A DNA stretch of 28,290 bases from the IMG/VR virus record IMGVR_UViG_3300037465_000360, positions 1-28,290 of that record. One strand, given 5' to 3'. The position numbers and the translations under genes were made by a program. Shown piece after piece: positions 24,825-28,290 of this stretch. The stretch is from a virus (taxonomy: Duplodnaviria > Caudoviricetes). Below the pieces are notes generated by a model. That model made no database searches. It was given only the letters and a program-made list of their open reading frames with translations, and was not told the origin of the DNA. Each line of letters starts with the position of its first letter. The first letter of the stretch is position 1.

Positions 24825-25394
24825 ATGAGCACGGAGAATCCTGATCAGGCGGGGAAGCCCGTCCTCACCGAGCGCGATGCCTCCTGGCATGAGGCTCAGG
24901 CGGGCATCGCCGCGCGCGAGCAGGCGGTGGCCGCCGGCATGGATCCCGCGCACTTCCGCGCGCTGCTGCTGCCGGAGGCCGCGCCGATCCACATCCGTGG
25001 AGAGAAGCTGCACCACGCCGCGCTGCTGGTCACGCAATGCTTCACGCTGCACCGCGAGCTGTTCGTCCACGCGGCCCAGGAGCAGGTGGCCGGGCTGCTC
25101 ACCGCCGCGCAGGAGGGCGCTGACTTCACGGTGGACCAGCTTCGCGCGCTGTCGCACCTGGGCTTCATTTTCACGCGACCTCTGGATGCTTATGATCTGC
25201 TCGATCACGACACGCTCTCCGATCCCTTTGCCGGGACGGAATCAGCCGAGGAGCTGAAGGTGAAACGCCGCCGCCTCTTTGACCGCGCCGCCGCCCATGC
25301 CACGGCGGAATGGCTGGCGGAGGATTTCTTTCTCCTCATCGCGCATCTGGTGCGCCAGTCACGCGCGCGCAGCGCCGTTGAGGTGGGAAAGTAG
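24825..25394 (+). CDS. Tail assembly chaperone (lambda gpG-like)
   Basis: Ends GTG GGA AAG TAG, containing the lambda-type slippery heptamer; upstream of tape measure. Confidence 0.75.
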   Translation: MSTENPDQAGKPVLTERDASWHEAQAGIAAREQAVAAGMDPAHFRALLLPEAAPIHIRGEKLHHAALLVTQCFTLHRELFVHAAQEQVAGLLTAAQEGADFTVDQLRALSHLGFIFTRPLDAYDLLDHDTLSDPFAGTESAEELKVKRRRLFDRAAAHATAEWLAEDFFLLIAHLVRQSRARSAVEVGK

Positions 25395-25419
25395 AGACCG
25401 GCCCTTCCGCCGGGGCCGG
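25385..25419 (+). other. -1 programmed ribosomal frameshift signal
   Basis: G GGA AAG at 25385-25391, 6-nt spacer, then hairpin CCGGCCC/GGGCCGG (25398-25419). The -1 frame is open into 25421..25672. Confidence 0.85.
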
Positions 25420-25672
25420 GATGGACATGCCGCAGGCCGTGCCGGGCGCGGGCTGGGTCATGGCCTACATCGAACTCATGATGCATGATTATCGTTTCAC
25501 CCGGCGTGAGCTGCTCTTTGATCTACCGGTCGAGGCCGGTGCCGCGCTGCTGGAGGCGCGTGCCTCACGGCTGGATCCCGGCGGCACCGTGGGCTGGGTG
25601 CAGCGCTGCATTGTCCGCGCGCGCGACCAGATGCGCGCGTGGCTGGAGGAGCGATTCACCATCGCGCCGTGA
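25385..25672 (+). CDS. gpT-like C-terminal part of the G-T frameshift fusion chaperone
   Basis: -1 frame from the slippery site, continuous with track ORF 25421..25672. Confidence 0.75.
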   Translation, partial: GKVETGPSAGAGMDMPQAVPGAGWVMAYIELMMHDYRFTRRELLFDLPVEAGAALLEARASRLDPGGTVGWVQRCIVRARDQMRAWLEERFTIAP

Positions 25673-25730
25673 TCGTGCCTCCGTCCCTACTGTTTGCTCA
25701 CAGGTGCCTCCTCCCCGACTCTGACCGGAC

Positions 25731-27305
25731 ATGAGCGACGACCTGCGTTATAAAATCGGTCTCGACGGCGCTGGCGCGCAGCGCACGCTGCGGGATCTGA
25801 TCGGCGGTGTCGGCGGCCTGTCCGCGAAGCTTACAGGTCTCGGCGACGCGGCGGGCTTCACCTCGCTGCTGAAGCGCGGCATGGAGTTCAACCAGACGAT
25901 GGGTGACAGCGAGGTGGCCATCGGCAACGTGCTCCAGCAAATGGCCGGGCTGAACGCCGAGGCGGCGAAGGCCGAGGCGGCGAAGGCCATGCAGCAGCTC
26001 ATCGAGCTGGAGCCGAAAGTCACCGGATCACTGACCGACCTGGTGCAGGGCTTCATGGCCACGCTCGGCGCGAGCCAGAGCGCGGGCATCAACATCAAGG
26101 AGAACATTGACCTGGTGGGCAAGTTCGCGAACGCGCTGGGGAACTCCGCGATCCCTGCCCATCAGCTCTCCCAGGAGATGCGCTCCATTGTCACCGCCAA
26201 CATCGGCGCGGACAGCAGTCTCGCGAAGGTGCTCCAGATCTCCAACGATGACATCAAAACAGCGCGCGAGGCCGGGAACCTGTATCAATTCCTCGTCGGC
26301 AAAATCGGCACCCTCGGCGAGGCCGGCGACACCGCCGCCGTAGCCTTCAGCTCGCTGCAAAGCGCGATGGACAAGGCGGCGGGCGCGCTGACGAAGGGCA
26401 TCTTCCAGCAGGCCGTGGCCGGAGGCAAAGACCTCATGGCGGTCATCAATGACAATGAAAAGACCTTCGAGTCCATGGGCGTGCTGGCCTCGAAAGCGCT
26501 GGCCGGTGTGATCTACGGTGTGAAGGAACTGGCCGGGCCGTTGCGCCAGGCTGCCGTGCTCGTGGATCATCTTGGCGAGGGCTTCGGCTACCTCGGCGGC
26601 ATCGCCGCCGCGCTGGCGCAGGGATTTACGCTCGACGAGGCCATCAAGGGCGCGCGACGCACGGGTGATGAACTGCGCAATGCCACACGCGAAGCAGGCG
26701 GGCTGGAGGGCGCGATGCACGCGGCTGGCGACGCGGCCAGCTTAGCGATGAAAAAGACCGCTGCCGAAGCCAAACAGGCCGCGCAAAAAGTGCAGGCCGC
26801 CGCCGGTGGCGCACTGCGCGGCGACAAAGACGGCGACGGCATCATCTCCAAGCGAGAGCAGCGTAAACTCGATTTTGAAGACAAGCGTGCCCAGCAAAAG
26901 GCGGACAGCATCAAAGGCTTCTCAGGAAAGCGGCTCGGCCTGGATCTCGGCTTCGGTGGATCGGAAGCGGCGGGACTGGCGGGAGCGATCAACCTCACCG
27001 GCCCGAACGAAGGAAAGAAAGCGTTTTCCAATCTGTGGGACATCGGGGGCACTGCCGCATTAAAACAGCTGCGCGCGAACGGCGGCGATGTCGTCCAGGG
27101 CGCGCTGGCGCGCCTGCGCAATGGCGAGGACGTGACGAAGGGGCTCGGTGCCACGGGCAGCTTTGCCCTGCCAAAGGCCGCCGTGAACGCCAACCTCCGC
27201 GCCGCAGCCAATGCGGACGCCAAAAACAAACCGCCCGCCCAGGATCAGGTGATCGGCAAGCTCGATGACATCAAAGGCGAGCTGGAACGCATCCGCACGT
27301 CCTGA
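25731..27305 (+). CDS. Tail tape measure protein
   Basis: LRYKIGLDG N-terminus; Ala/Gly-rich helical 524-aa protein after the G/GT genes. Confidence 0.85.
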   Translation: MSDDLRYKIGLDGAGAQRTLRDLIGGVGGLSAKLTGLGDAAGFTSLLKRGMEFNQTMGDSEVAIGNVLQQMAGLNAEAAKAEAAKAMQQLIELEPKVTGSLTDLVQGFMATLGASQSAGINIKENIDLVGKFANALGNSAIPAHQLSQEMRSIVTANIGADSSLAKVLQISNDDIKTAREAGNLYQFLVGKIGTLGEAGDTAAVAFSSLQSAMDKAAGALTKGIFQQAVAGGKDLMAVINDNEKTFESMGVLASKALAGVIYGVKELAGPLRQAAVLVDHLGEGFGYLGGIAAALAQGFTLDEAIKGARRTGDELRNATREAGGLEGAMHAAGDAASLAMKKTAAEAKQAAQKVQAAAGGALRGDKDGDGIISKREQRKLDFEDKRAQQKADSIKGFSGKRLGLDLGFGGSEAAGLAGAINLTGPNEGKKAFSNLWDIGGTAALKQLRANGGDVVQGALARLRNGEDVTKGLGATGSFALPKAAVNANLRAAANADAKNKPPAQDQVIGKLDDIKGELERIRTS

Positions 27306-27306
27306 C

Positions 27307-27341
27307 GAGACTCCGAACCCTGAACTCCGAACCCCGAACCT
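27307..27341 (+). repeat. Heptamer tandem array
   Basis: GAGACTC CGAACCC TGAACTC CGAACCC CGAACCT. Confidence 0.8.
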
Positions 27342-27347
27342 TGCCCG

Positions 27348-27965
27348 ATGTCTTTCGTTAAGATCCTCGGCTCTGTGCCCTCCGGTGATCTGGAGATCCC
27401 GAAGCTGCGCCGCGCGGGCGACGGCTGGGATGAGGTGCGCGAACTTCGCCTGGAGACCACCCAGGACGGCATCGCCATCGGCGCGGCGCGCTCCCCGACC
27501 GGCATCAGCGGCACGTTCTTTGTCGCCAGCACCCAGGCCGTGGGCTGCAAGGCCGGGAAGCCGGTGATGGAGATCATCAGCCGAGGCGTCAACGGCACGA
27601 AGGGCTACATCGCAGAATGCACCAGCTATGCCGAGCGGGTGAGCGGTCGCTGGGTCGGCATCCCTGGCGCTCCCGCCGGTCCGCACCCCGGCAACGTAAC
27701 GCTGAACCGGGTCGGTGTCACCATCCGCTGGTTTTCCAGCACCAAACCGAGCGCCAGCAATGTGGCCACGGCCATCGCACCGCCAGAGAACTTCGGTCTG
27801 CCGTCCAACCCCTTCACCTGGCTGACGGATCCTCTCTACAACCAGCCGTCCGGCTGGGTGCTCGACAAGCGGGATGCCGTCCCGATCCCCGGCACGACCT
27901 ACCACGCCGTGGTGGACTACTACTCCTACTACTGGCTCGTGAATCCCAACCCAAGCGTTGGCTAG
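27348..27965 (+). CDS. Putative tail tip/distal tail protein
   Basis: Immediately follows tape measure; positional call. Confidence 0.55.
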   Translation: MSFVKILGSVPSGDLEIPKLRRAGDGWDEVRELRLETTQDGIAIGAARSPTGISGTFFVASTQAVGCKAGKPVMEIISRGVNGTKGYIAECTSYAERVSGRWVGIPGAPAGPHPGNVTLNRVGVTIRWFSSTKPSASNVATAIAPPENFGLPSNPFTWLTDPLYNQPSGWVLDKRDAVPIPGTTYHAVVDYYSYYWLVNPNPSVG

Positions 27966-27967
27966 CC

Positions 27968-28290
27968 ATGTCCGCGTCCCGACAAGCCCATGATCTGGAC
28001 TCCATCCTCGCGAAGAGCGATGAGCTGGCGCTCGTGAAAGTGCGCACTCTAAACAAGGCCATCAAAGCGCTGAAGCGTATCATCCCCATCGCGGGTGACA
28101 ATCTGAAAGCCCGAGAGGTCGCGGACGGCATCGTCTTTGACGCAGAGAACGGCGGCACGGCGGCGGCCACGGATTGTCCGCTCTCTTGCAAGGCCAGCGC
28201 CAGCGGCAAGATCACCTTCACCACCCTGGGTGCGATCAATGACGTTATACCCTCTAACCTGTTTGGCGGCGGCGGCTTCCTGACGCTGAC
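27968..28290 (+). CDS. Hypothetical tail-region protein (3' end beyond right edge)
   Basis: ATG at 27968: MSASRQAHDLDSILAKSDELALVKVRTLNKAIKALKRIIPIAGDNL...; open to the window end. Confidence 0.65.
   Translation, partial: MSASRQAHDLDSILAKSDELALVKVRTLNKAIKALKRIIPIAGDNLKAREVADGIVFDAENGGTAAATDCPLSCKASASGKITFTTLGAINDVIPSNLFGGGGFLTL

Larger units (their letters stand above)
3799..28290. mobile_element. Mu-like transposable prophage (left end ~3799-3809; continues past right edge)
   Basis: DDE transposase, AAA ATPase, Gam, MuF, gpG, protease I, head T, gp36 and tape measure. Candidate terminal TG dinucleotides at 3799 and 3809; exact end not proven. Confidence 0.92.

Noticed and set aside
7610-27341. 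Heptamer arrays as CRISPR or mini-arrays
   Set aside because: Units are 7 bp and directly tandem, with no unique spacers.
488-27905. Long antisense/overlapping ORFs in the track (e.g. 488..1336 -, 4532..5377 +, 8936..9763 +, 13954..14826 +, 19279..20217 -, 27060..27905 -)
   Set aside because: Shadow ORFs opposite well-supported genes in high-GC DNA, with no recognisable motifs.
22063-28290. Gin-type invertible fibre cassette, diversity-generating retroelement or tail sheath
   Set aside because: No serine invertase, reverse transcriptase, template/variable repeat pair or sheath-sized gene is visible in this window.

Overview
GC-rich bacterial window, probably from the Verrucomicrobiota/PVC group (inferred from gene style only). 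The left ~3.8 kb is host DNA: the 5' part of an RRM RNA-binding protein gene (minus strand) and a divergent type II-C-like cas9. The cas9 keeps all RuvC/HNH catalytic motifs but ends abruptly, and no cas1, cas2, tracrRNA or array is visible. From ~3.8 kb to the right edge lies a Mu-like transposable prophage that appears to have inserted into the 3' end of cas9. Its leftward operon holds a ner-like gene, a ParB-like gene, MuA, MuB, Gam, a GemA-like gene, integrase and methyltransferase remnants, and a MuF-kinase fusion followed by a small ORF and gpG. A central double-HTH S24 repressor follows. The rightward operon holds protease I/Z, major head T, gp36, a gp37-like gene, a signal-peptide-bearing fibre, tail tube, G/GT chaperones and tape measure. 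Terminase, portal and lysis genes are not seen in the window. Most notable: (1) an identical 26-bp palindromic site inside both the ParB-like gene and the repressor gene, bracketing the lysis/lysogeny switch; (2) MuF fused to a PI3/4-kinase/HipA-like domain with a candidate immunity gene; (3) apparent insertional truncation of cas9; (4) sense-strand heptamer arrays filling gene junctions in both operons. All calls are by eye; no database searches were run.
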